A stretch of DNA of 64,000 nt from Minutocellus sp. GHC0000111 (lineage: Eukaryota), in the NCBI GenBank assembly GCA_977018835.1, contig OZ361260.1, positions 186,001 to 250,000 of the forward strand, written 5' to 3'. Numbering within the stretch: the stretch's first letter is position 1; each line of letters opens with the position of its first letter. The position numbers and the translations under genes were made by a program. A model generated the notes under the pieces. It saw only the letters and a list, made by a program, of their open reading frames with translations. It searched no databases and was not told where the DNA came from. Of the stretch, positions 11,817 to 23,686 are shown piece after piece.

Positions 11817-12455
11817 ATGGCGACCGGGAGTACGAGTACCGGTACCGGCACGTCTCTCAGTTTGGCGTTGTTTGCCCTCATTCCAGCCTTTGCCATCTTC
11901 CAAGCACAAAGGAGGCGACGGCAGGAGAAGGCACGTCAGGAGAACATCGAGGTCCTTCGTGAGCAGTTTAAGAGGGGTTCCATATGCTTTTCTGATTTCC
12001 CGCCGGTGGTCAAGGATGTGCTGAAACGATGCAAACTAACGTATCTTGCCACTGTCGATGCTGAGAATGACACTTCTCATCTCTCGTTGATGAGATTTAC
12101 ATTCCTTGAGGAGGACGGTGTCATCGTCATGAGTACGAATATCAACACAAAGAAATTCAATATGCTGCAAAATCAGAATGGTGTCGCCCTTCTCGTCCAT
12201 GACTTCCACCAGTTTGACGATGGAAAGAGCACAGGCGCTTCCATTACACTAAATGGGAGGTGCTACATCGTGGAGGCCGGTCCAGATGCGGACCGGTTCA
12301 GACAGGCTCATTTGAGGGCGAATCCTCGGTACCCACAATTCATCATTGGGCCAGATATCGCAATGCTTGCCGTGGAAGTTCAGAGCGCACGAATTGCAGA
12401 TATTCATGATCGAGTGACGAAGTGGAGCGTCGGCGAAGGAGTAACGCCACCTTAG
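11817..12455 (+). CDS. Pyridoxamine 5'-phosphate oxidase-like FMN-binding split-barrel protein
   Basis: YLATVD..SHLSLMRFTF..IVMSTNINTKKF..LQNQNGVALLVHDF..SITLNG; N-terminal membrane anchor. Confidence 0.8.
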   Translation: MATGSTSTGTGTSLSLALFALIPAFAIFQAQRRRRQEKARQENIEVLREQFKRGSICFSDFPPVVKDVLKRCKLTYLATVDAENDTSHLSLMRFTFLEEDGVIVMSTNINTKKFNMLQNQNGVALLVHDFHQFDDGKSTGASITLNGRCYIVEAGPDADRFRQAHLRANPRYPQFIIGPDIAMLAVEVQSARIADIHDRVTKWSVGEGVTPP

Positions 12456-12670
12456 TGCTGACTGATACATGGCTAGTAGACTCTGATACACTTGGCTATA
12501 TAGACTGTTGGTAAATATACATTGTCGGTAGTCACCGCCGCTAATGTAAGAAAAGATGTAAGATGAAATGTTTTGCTACCTAACATACTAGTAATGAATA
12601 TGTTACTATTTGTTGTAGCATATCTCCACCACCATATGATCACCATACCGGTCACTAGTCATTCATTGAC

Positions 12671-13577
12671 TCATGCAAGGCTGCCCGGCTGCTCCTTGGC
12701 CCGAACCTTGAGGCCACTGGTTGGAGCCAGCGTTGCCTTGAAGGAATTCACAGTGTCTCTGATCTGCTTCTCCGACCCCTTCCTCCATCGAGTTGCCGTA
12801 GAGCTTCCAACCAGCATGACAACATCATCCGTGCCTTCAGGAATGGTCGCAGCCACAAGAGCTGTCCGTGGTATCTCTGCGTTCGTACTCTGAGAAAGGT
12901 TGCTGAAGGTAATCTCAAGCATGCGATACGGCCCATTCATTTCGCTCTTCTTGACCTTGATGTCCGTGGGGGCGCCGTAGAAGGAGAACCGCCCAACTGG
13001 GCTTAAAGAGTGAATCCGTAAAGAATGACTTCGATAAATCCTCAACCGACTTGCCATCCTTCCCCTTGGCTACCGTGAGGAAGGCACCATCACCGCTGCT
13101 TGCATCTCTGCATTCGACGTCGAATACAGTTCCAGTTGCCAAGGGCCAGGGCGATGAGAAGGTGGCAAGTACGGGGGTCGGATCAGACGATTTTCCCAGG
13201 AGAATTTCTGCCAAAACATTGCCCTTGTTGTCGCGACTGACTTCGCTACCCTCTCGCAGAATGATACCGGTCACAGGCTTGGCCTTCCCTGCTTGACCAG
13301 AAACACCCATTGGCATGCTTACTTGTCCCGTCTTGAGGAAGTCGTCGGTATCAAGAGCATTCGCGGACTGCAGATGAGCCACCAGGCCTGCTGTCACGGC
13401 AGCCGAGGCCTTGACGAAGACATCCCTGCGGGTAACATCATCGGCGGCACTTTTCGATGCCTGGAGAGCAGATACTGCTGCCGACGCCTTGGAAACTGGG
13501 GCAAGAGGCGCGAAGGCGGCAGCGTGGCCGGATACGGCGACGAGGGCGAGGAGCGGGGCGGTCTTGAGGTACACCAT
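12671..13577 (-). pseudogene. PsbP-like thylakoid lumen protein with a 1-bp frameshift
   Basis: Signal peptide AAAF-AP, twin-Arg lumen signal TRRDVF...ANA and a PsbP-like C-terminus. The frame switches at ~12995 (LFKPS / GRFSFYGAP). Confidence 0.7.
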
Positions 13578-13886
13578 GTTGAAAGAGCTGAATGGGCCCG
13601 GGTGGCCTCTAATTCCCAGCAACTCCGGGTTCCGCTAAGGGCCGATTTAGCCGCTAGTTCAGGGCGATGTAGGAAAATTGGAAACTAAAAACATACAGAC
13701 ATGAATATTCCATATGATACACCACTTTGTTTGAGAGGGATGGTGCACAGCATTAGGGTTAAACAAGTAACTAAGTCTTGTAAGCATGTAGTTTGTGTCT
13801 TTTAAGAGCCTGCCACACCACTTCATAGCACTCGTTTCTCATTGAGTTCATTTGGTGTTCGTTCAATTGAATTTTGTCTTGGTTTG

Positions 13887-16800
13887 CTAGTAATTGAGGT
13901 CTCTGTTCAGGTTCCTGCGCCAGCTCCAGTTGCTCGCAGCTTCATCAAGGGTGTCTTTGCTCGCACGGAAGTTCCTGCACCAGCTCAGCACTGTCTCTGG
14001 TGTTTCTCCTTCAGCCAGCTGCATCCCCACTGTGTTTTCTTCCACTCGGGATGCCCACTTTCGTCTCAACTGCACTCTTTGGTGCTATGACCCCGAAGTT
14101 CCTGCACCAGCTCAGCACTGTCTCTGGTGTTTCTCCTTCAGCCAGCTGCATCCCCACTGTGTTTTCTTCCACTCGGGATGCCCACTTTCGTCTCAACTGC
14201 ACTCTTTGGTGCTCTGACCCATCTTTTTAAGTGTCAGATTCAGCACTCTGTTTCGAGTCATGTTGTGCCCAGTGAAGTAGATTGCTGAGTCTTGCCGTCT
14301 TGCTCTCTGCTCACTGCTGTTGTTGCTAGCATCGCCAATGGTGGTTGCTCTTGACACTGACTGCCATGTAGAGCAGCCCTGGGTTGTTGGTTCTTTCCCT
14401 CTCCATTCCTTTGTCTCCTGGGTCCACAATCACCCGGTCCACCGCATTTGGTTGCTGGCCATGGCTCACTGGTCCTGCTGACTGTCCTTGGAATGTGTGG
14501 CACGTTTTTGCAAATGACAGGTGAGTGGGCAGTAAGTGGCTTTGCAGCGCACTTGTTTTTGCACATCATGGCTGTCATTGGAATTGGAACGACCTTTTCA
14601 CATGAGGGGGGAAAGGCAGGAGGTTGTTGGGTGTGAGTTAAACTGGTGCAGTTAAACAACCAATGACCTGACTCACGGCTTGGCTTCCAAAAGAACACCC
14701 CTCGGTGTTCATCAAGAATCTAGTTCTTACCTTTGGCTTCAGGGGGTCCCAGACCGGACCGCTGCACTGAGGGAACTTCACTGCCACGTAGCATGGTTGG
14801 TCTCCTGTGTTTGGATTTCTTCCTTCTTCGAAAATAATTTCTTCTACCTCTCCCACGCTGTTGTTGAAGAGTCCCCACTCTGGTTCAAAGTTTCGGTCTG
14901 CCAGGCAGACCATGGCGCCTCTCTGCTAAGAACTGTTGCATTTGCTGGTGGGTTTTTGGAAAGTGTGCCTTGCGGACAGCTGCCTTCCCTGATGTGGACT
15001 CCCACTTGGTTTTCACCAGGGCCACTGGGTTGCTTGAACTGGTCACCTTTTGTAGCTTCTGGTAGTTGAACTCATCCCTTGGCGCCTTTTTTGCAAAAAG
15101 ATGCATGGTTGTTCCTCCTGTGCTTGTGATGGCTTCCACTTCTGCATTTCCAAAGTTGGTGAGGTGGTACTGCATTAGCTTGTCTGCATCTGCTGGGTGT
15201 TGGGTGTCCTGACCAAAGCCTTCCCAGCATGCTGACGAGTTCAACCTGATCTGACTTTTGACGCTTGATTGTCTTGAGTTCCATGCACTTTTCAGATGTG
15301 TCGAGAAAAAGCTGTGCTCCTGATGCAGCAACTCCAGTTTGCGTTTGTGAGTGTGAAGGCTGCCCTCCAACTGTGTCAAATGCTCCCTTTTGTGTGTTTG
15401 TTGGTGGGGGCAGCTGGTAGTCATCCCCCACAAGCAGAAAGATGGGCACCCCCCCCCCCCCGAACAGCTCTCCTTCGTGGCCTCCTCCATGAACAGTTGC
15501 TGCAAGATTCCTCTCAGCAGCCCCAAGGTTGTCTGCTGTGTACATGCTCCTTTCATCAAACTTTCTGTGCATTGTCTGTGTCCTCCCCCACACTGCTGAC
15601 CATGCTGCTGCTGCACCGGTGGGGGCAACCACATGGATGACGTTTTTCTCTCCTAAAACCTCCCTCACTGTGTTCACCAAGCATTTAATGAAGAGAAGCT
15701 CTTGCCTGATCCTGCGCAGCCTTGCACCGTCAAGTAGTAGAGTGGCTTGAAAGACCTGGCTTTGTTGACATCACTTGAAGTGGCGCACTCCACCCACTCC
15801 TTGACCTTGCTCATCACTGTCAGAAGCAACTCCTGCTGGTCATTTTTCACCATTGATGCATCAATTGCCATGGGCTTTCCATCTACTTCAGTGGTAAAAG
15901 GTGTCCATTCTGTTGCATCTTTTGAGCTGACTGCTTCTTCTAGCCAGGACCCCCCTTCAAGCATGGCTGGCGTCTCTTGCAGGGGGAACATTCTCTGAGA
16001 CCAGTCATAGTTTAGCCCTCTGTCAAACTTGAAGTCCCCAATGGTCACTCCTGGGTCGTTGCTGACTGCATTGGTTTTGACCAAGTTGAGAATGTCTCTG
16101 GTTTCATCATCCATGTCTCCGTGAGCCTCGTAGTCATATAGCATTCTTCATCTTCTGCTGTTGGCTCACTGTGGCGTTTTTCTTCACTTTGCGCTCTCTC
16201 ACCCTGGCGTACACGCAATCTTGACTGACTGGGGGCAGCACGAGTCAGAAAGAAAGTTGTTGAACTCTTTGATCCATTGCTCTTTGCTTAGCCGGGGAGG
16301 TGTTGATGCTCTCCATGGCCTGTGCACTAGCAGCGTCATGTTCTGGCATAGTCCTTAGTGACTGGGAATGTTGGTTGCCCCCTCCCTCCTATCCAATGTG
16401 GAATGACAGCTTTCTCAGTGTTCTTGCTGCCAATTTGTTGTTGGAACAGGTCACTGAGCGAAAGGTTAGGGTTCTTGGCAGCTATTTTTCTGTATTTGGC
16501 AACCAGTCCATTGTGGGTTTCTGATGTGTGAGCTTTTGTAGCTACCGGGGAGACAAACTAATTGATGACTCGATGGTCTCCGTGCACAGGATCAAGGGAA
16601 GCTTGTCTAGCTCCACCATGCACTCTTGTTTTGGCACAAGTCTGCTGACCACGGCTCTGTTGAGCAGCTTCCTGGCCAATGTGATTACATCATCAATATT
16701 TCCTGATACCTCCTCAGCACTGGAAGTCGAATCAGGGGATTGAGCATGCGCGCGTTACAGCGTGAAAATGACACAATGAACGGAAATAGACGCGGGATCA

Positions 16801-19800
16801 GATTCATTTTGAATACTCACGGGTGTTCAAATGGAATTGGTCCCGTTTTGGCACATTTGCATCCAACGCAGCACTCACCGATTGACGATGGCTGTAATAG
16901 TGTCGCGTTCGGTGGCCAGTGTCTCGTTTCCTTTGCATGCGTAAGCGACAACATAATCGGTAACTTCGGCTATGTCCTCTGGCGTTGGTTCGCTGTCGTG
17001 ACAGTCGTATAATAACACTTTGATATCACAATTGCCACGCCATCCTCTCAGAACGTTGAGTGGGGTCTGAATCATGCGAAGATTGTTCCGCTTCATTTCG
17101 AGCTTCAGGAAATCACGATCATCACGGGTGATGGCATGGTCTGAACGTAATTGGAATCCTGGTGTATCGCAAGCATTTGGGGTCTTCTCGTATCCTGTTC
17201 CGGCACGGCAATATCGTCGTTTATCTGGTTTTGCGGTGCTTGAATTCGTCTCGTGTGTGCTGGGAGGGGAATTTGCTGATTCTTTATTTTTCTTCGCACG
17301 ATGGTTTCGCATGCAGTAGCTCCCGCATTTATGATGTTGGCATTCAAAACAGAGTCGAGCCTCGTCCTTACGATAGTCGGAAACCTCGCCGAGACGTTGT
17401 TTGCTTGCTCCCATGTTACCGCTTTCGTCAGCAGGCCTGTCGAGAAAGGAGGAAGAGGGATCATGAGACCTTGTCGCGTCTGATCATGTTGGTTTTTGAT
17501 TCAATTTGCACATATACTCACTCGCTATTCCTGTCGATGGATGAAGTCATGCCGAAGACCCGTTCTGCCCAGTCCCCAACGAGTTTGGCCTGATCGGCGT
17601 GACTTCTGCCTCCGTCATTTAGCTGGTCCTGGAGGTCTCTTGTCATGGTCTTGTCCAATATACCAAGAAGATGGATGTGTATCTGCCCCCGTCCTTTGGC
17701 AAATTCCATTCGGCCCCAATAATATTTTATGCCGAGTAATTCCTTTCCGACGGTGTTCAAGAAATTCTCTGCACGTTTGATGAAATATTGTTGAATTACG
17801 AGGGCATAGTCATTGACGGCTCTGTTTCGATCGACCCTATTATTGCTGAGGTCAATCTTCCGTCCGTCGCGAAAGCATCGATTTCCGTTTACGATTTTCC
17901 TCCCTTCCGCGATCCATATGCGTTCTTCTAGGAGCCGTATTGCATCCGGCCAAAAATATTCCGCACAGGAAAGGGTCATGAATATGTCTGGCGCTCCGTG
18001 ATTGGCTTCTATGTGGTGAGAAATCCATGTGTATAATTTTGAGCGTTCTGGCCGCCAGTGTGAATCTGATCCACGAACTCGCTTGCTGTAGAAAATGAGT
18101 TTGCTAACAAAGGAAGAGTCGCCCTTCCTTAGCTGTTCCTTCAATTCATCGAGAGATTTGGGCGGATCGCTGATGTGATTGTTGATGAAGTATCCTCCGC
18201 TAGAATTGTTACGATGTCTTTGGCAGTAGTTATACACAAAAAATCCCCAGAGCTTGTCTCGCTGAAATCTTCCATCGGCCTGCCGTAGAAGATGTTGTGC
18301 CCAATTTGCTACGTCTATGTCTGATTCACGGTCAAGATCGCGGAAATCACCTGTTCCTCCCGGGAAAAGCCAAGGGAATGCATTCGTGAAGATGCGTACA
18401 TTGGAATATTCCGAAATGGCATCGGGATAGCTGGTCTGTGGCCAATCAAGCTTTGATACGTCGCTCTGCTCGCCTGCTGCCTCCTTCAAAGCATTTATCA
18501 TTGCTTCTTGATTTTCGTTGGTGAGCGATGTTGCCTCTTTACACGAGAAACCTGAGCATTCCTCTTCATCATTATCAATCATCAGGGGATCGATACATTG
18601 GGAATTGGACACCCCAGTCTCCTCGGTATCAGCGAGACTATCATTTTTTTCGGTGTGCACTATGTCAGTAACGGATAAGAGATCAGCCTCATCTATCCCG
18701 GCGGGCATCCAGTCAAGATTTGTTTCATCAATAGTCAATTCACCGTTCTCGTAGGCTTGCCTATAATCAGAGTGGTGCTTTACGAGCCAGAGGAGAGCAT
18801 TCATGACGCGACGACGATTCACAGTGTACATTGTCGTGACCGGAAGACCGTCGCTATTTTCGTGAGTTCGAATCATCCGTATTGCTTTGACTTGGTGAGG
18901 TAATTTTGGGAGCGACGAAGCTAGATCTTCGATATTTTGCATAAAGGAGCAAACGTGCCCCTTTATTCCAAGATTGCCATTTTTAATGTGATGTATTTGC
19001 ACGAGCGGTGAGACGCGCTGGATCAATAATTTCTCGGCAATAGTGAGGCATTCTAGTTCCGGAGGAACCTCTAGATGCTCCTTACCCTCATCATCAATCC
19101 ACAGTGGGATCATGGCATTTTCTTTCGTATAATCATTTTTCGTCCGTTTATTTGCACACCTTCGACAGACATTATTCTTGTTTACAGTCATATCAATGCT
19201 GCACTCATTGCACAAAGAGCAAACATCATGGTGAAGTTGCATCATTCTCGATTCAAATCGCATGAGCGATTCGAGTACCTTCTGTTCGGCATAGGTTGAT
19301 GCTCGGAATGCTTGGCGATTAATTGCGTACATGTCTTCCTTCCTGAAGTGGGCGTCTCTTTTCCTCCTCGCTGCCGATATTACCTTGGTGGCTTGCCCAA
19401 TGGCGATTTTGTACTTGTCATTGTTCAGTGCACGATATGGATCGCAAGCACTCAAATCAACGTCCAACTCTATTGCGTCTTCCCATAGCTGCTGCACATG
19501 AAGAGCATCATAGTCGCGAAGACGGTCATGATGCGGTGGCTTTATGTTCATCCTGGGTATGCTCTCCTTCCTTTTAATTTGTTCTAAGTGTCGTCTAGCA
19601 TTTTTCAGTCGCTGCTTTTCTTGTTTTGATACCTGTTCATTGTGTAAAAAATAATTTTAAAATTGAAAGTTAGCGTGCTAGCAGTAAGGGGCTGTGATCA
19701 TCAGCTAGTGTAGGTTCTTTTTGAATACCAGGGGGTATTCTTTCGGAACCAAGCCATGAATCGGGTGATTGGTATTTACCTGATTTTGCCTCCGCTTGAG

Positions 19801-20300
19801 ATTGCCGGTGTGTGGAACGCAGACGCCACCGCGAAGACGAATGTTTGCCATCACAGTTGATCCATTGTGCATTCCTGTCTCCCACAACTTTGCCTTTGTG
19901 TGCTCTAGTAGCTTTGACCCAAACGTCGTGTACACGTCAGATGGCGACACCGGCAGTTGAGTTGCCAGCATTGCTGCCACTCTGCGATGTAAATCAATGC
20001 AACTTTCTTCCTTGCTAGCAGGCGTGGCGATGACTGAGCCATCAGGGCACTTAATGAAGATCACCCACTCTTGGTCTTTTTTGTCAATTGCGTCCACTGT
20101 GCATCCATTGCTCAACCCCAAGCAGCAGAGTGGCAGAGGGGACAGTCGTGTCGGTTCCCATCATAAAGAGAGTCAATGTCCACTGTGCCCCGTCCTGCTA
20201 GCTTCTCAGTGGCAAGCACAACTTGAAGCCACAAGTTCCGCCCACTGCAGGTCCTTTTCACCTTGACCTCAAATGGCGATCCAAAGGGTGACCGGACCTT
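13887..20300 (-). pseudogene. Helitron Rep/Pif1-helicase (RepHel) with N-terminal ubiquitin-like domain(s); Rep half intact, helicase half degenerate
   Basis: HUH Rep motifs PDIFMTLSCAEYFWPD, EFAKGRGQIHIHLL and DYVVAYACK. Pif1 motifs QGCAGSGKS, VAPTGAAA, DERSM, VGDDYQLPP and IKRQ. In-frame GT-AG introns at 19633-19779, 17437-17521 and 16720-16878. Many frameshifts below 16.7 kb. Confidence 0.9.
13968..14220. repeat. 127-bp direct tandem duplication at the 3' end of RepHel
   Basis: The unit gaagttcctgcaccagctc...ggtgct(a/c)tgaccc starts at 13968 and again at 14095. Confidence 0.95.
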
Positions 20301-22856
20301 GATTGACCAAACTTCTTTGGGGCCGGCAACCAAGCTGGCAGACAGCCTCACCAGGCATGGGCTGTGCGCTGCTGGCATCAGCTTCATCCTGAGGGAAGCC
20401 CTTGCCAGCCCACGCTTTAGCGTCTGGTGCAAAAGAGCAAAGCTCATCTTCTCCTTTACCTTCTTGTCCATGAAAAAGTAGCTAAACCCCTTTGATGGCA
20501 CACCAAGAGGGCTGACTTCAAGCACCAAGCACCAAGATGGGGCTGTCACAAAAACTGAGGGCTTTGCAACAGTGTTCCCTGTGTTGCTCAGCTCCACTGT
20601 GCTCCACCCAATCTCGGCAACATTTAAGGAAACAATGCAGCTTCTCATCATCTTGAAGAGCCTCCTGTGTTGCTGGAACACGCTGGTTGAGCTGCAAGCC
20701 ATTGACACCTCGTCAACACTAGGCGAGTGCACGAGCACAGCACAGGGAGTTGACACAGCAATTGCTTTTTGAGGCCTGAAAGGGGGGGAAGAACAGACTT
20801 CTCCTGTCTGGCATCACTGATAGAGATGCCATGTGTGCCAAAACTGGAGGTGAAGAACACAAAAATGAGTGAGAGGTGCACTAGCAGAAGTAAGTTGAAG
20901 CACACAGTGTGGAGCAAACAGGTGCAAACAAGAGGGGCTTTTTTGATCACTATGTAGTTTGATTACAGTTTTTGATTTTTTGATTGCAAAATGGGGTCTG
21001 ACTGAATTTGTGACTGAGTGTTTGACCTCCTTCATGACTTTTGCGCTTAACGTTTTTCATTTTTTTTACAGTGGTTTGTGTTTGTGTTTGTGTGTTTGGT
21101 GTTTTTTTGTGGTTGAAGTGTGATCAAGCCCTTACCTAAGACAATGCAAAGTTTTTTAATCTCCACCAGAAAGCAGCCACCCTGAGAACAGAGTTTCACT
21201 TCCTCACTCCTCCGCAAACGTACCAGCTGGAATGCTCCCATCCTTGTAAGCAATCTTCCGCGCAACGAAGCATCTGCAGCCCAGCGTCCAGGGGGAACGC
21301 CGTCAGTCAAGAAGGACATGGCTTCCTTGATGTCTTTGTCCATCAAAACTGTGTTCAGGTGTGAAGGATCAACAACCTCCAGGTTGCACCCCTTGAAAAT
21401 GACCCAACAGGAGTGGTTGTCCTGCTCAAAATCTGAGAGCCAAGCTTGGCCCACCGCCCACCGCCGTTCACCATCATGTCAGTGTAGGCCTCCTTGAACA
21501 CTTTGGATGTCACAACTTCGTGCAACATTTGCACCAGGCAAACAGCCTCCTCGGCAGGAGGGCGAATCTTCTCTGACACGTCCAGGGAAAACATGGTGGT
21601 TGTGATTGGAAAAGCTGACCCAGTCTTGGAGTAGGACAGCTTCCCAACATCAGCACCGCAAGGAATGTCGCGCAAAGGAACCTCTTTGGCACTCTTTGCA
21701 AGGTCAGAGAGGCACGCAAGATGGGGGTTCTCGGTCAAAGCTTGAAGAGTGTCAATGAGAACATCATCAGGCTTAAGAATCCAGCAAGGGGCATTGCGCC
21801 TGTCTACGAGGTTGACGACACCCACAACTTTGGCTCTGCCTGAGGTTGTGACCACACCAGAGAGGTTCACTGTGAGCTTGTAGCCACTGGCTCCACCACC
21901 ACGGGCCTCCTTGGCACTCTTGTGCTTCTGGACAACGTCCTTGGTCAGCACCTTGATGTCAAGACTGTCCAGGTTGAGCTGTTTTGATGGTGACTTTGAA
22001 GGTGAACTGATGGCAACAGTGCTCTGACTCTGGCAACAGCAGCAGGAGGAGCAAGAGCAGCAGCAACTTTCCCAGCACTAGCGCCACCTCCTTCAGCTTT
22101 GGGGGTGCGCTTGGGGGTTTCAAGAGCACCACTGGCACTCGTGCTCACAGCATCGTCTTTGCCAACACAAGGAACAAACAACACTGTAGCTCCACTCTCC
22201 TGAATGGCACTCATTGCCTCAGGGTAACTGCTGTGAAGAACCACAGAAATGTTCTCCCAGTCCTTGCTGCCCTTGGACCGAGCTTCAAGAGCCCAGGCAG
22301 TGGCCACGCCATGCACCAAGTCACAGCAAGCATCAAGAGTGAACCGCTTGCCAGCAGCATCGTCAATGGCACTGAACACACGGGCAGGGTTGCTTTCATC
22401 CTTTAGCTCCTGCACAGGAACCCTGCTGCCAGTGCTAATCTGACAAGCACTATACCAATTGCCAAAGTAGCTGACGTCAACGCCATTTTCGAAGGCTATG
22501 ACAGCAGCTAGCTTCTCTTCTTGCTTAAGTCCACCAACCAAGCTCGGCACAGGTGAGGCTTGAGGTGGCAGAGAGAGCAGAATCATCATCACCTGTTTTC
22601 TTCTAGGCAACAGGGCTTGACTCACCACGCTGATCATCAGCAACAGCTCTCTTCTTAGAGACCACAAGAGCAGAAACACTGTCACTCTTGTTCTTTTTTG
22701 CTGAAGAACAGCTGCTGCTCTTCTTGCTGTCGTCACCGCTACCACCAGCAGCAGCGACAGCCACAGCAGCAGCAGCACCAGAGCTTTTGCTGCTGCGCAG
22801 GTTCCTGCTAGGAGAGCCAGTGCTTGACATAGCAGCTGGAAGAAACATAGTAACAA
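20300..22856 (-). pseudogene. Degenerate Helitron-associated ORF(s) upstream of RepHel
   Basis: Chain of frameshifted minus-strand ORFs (20112-20756, 21047-21454, 21355-21951, 21945-22856) in CpG- and TpA-poor DNA. Confidence 0.55.
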
Positions 22857-23686
22857 CTAACATCATAAGAACTAGAAAGGTGTAAAATCACAGTTGCACG
22901 TGCAGATGTGTGGACTTTTCGGGCATTCCGAATGAACACCTCCGGGAAAAATACTCCCAAAATAATGTCTTTCCTTCGTGCGTCAAAAATAAGGAACCGC
23001 CACCATGCCACGCGCCATGCCATGCGCCATCGGTATGCCGCCCATGCATGCCGCTCCTGCCCATCGCCGACAACGATGGTGATGAAAGCTTGGGACCCGA
23101 TGGTAAAGATCGATCACCTGCACTGCGCGACCATTCAAGCGCAATGGGCGACTCGTTTCCAGCATTACAAATGAACAGAGTAATCAACTTGACATGATCA
23201 TACGATTCATTGAACGAAACCGAGACGCGGCGACGATCCCGAGCAATAAATGTACAAGTCGCACTGAATAAAAGCGGCGCCACGACTGAGTGACGCAAAC
23301 GCGAAGGGCACTTACGCTTATCTTCCGTGGAATATGGCGACCTCGGAGCAATGTTTTCTTTCGATGGGACGCTCTTGCCAAGAGCGTTGGTCGAATCGTT
23401 GAGATGGACTGGCACTTATCACTTTTCTCAAATAATGAAAGATGAATACACGTGCGAGAATGAACATGAAGATACGGCGACACCAAAGGGCTTTTCTATT
23501 CTGACATCCGGTCGAACGAATCAAGATTTCTGCGAATTCCGAGAAAATACCGGACCATTCGCTCACAAAACTTGGAAAAAAAAAATCTGATACCGATCGC
23601 AAAGTAAGGTGCTTCTTCGTACAACGAACGATACATCGCTCATATTGACGTCCACTCATCATCCGCCTCGTAACAAAGAAGTGACC

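Noticed and set aside
13632..13658. Hairpin plus CTAG|T as a canonical Helitron 3' end
   Set aside because: It is on the plus strand while RepHel is on the minus strand; the stem is imperfect and lacks the usual spacing.
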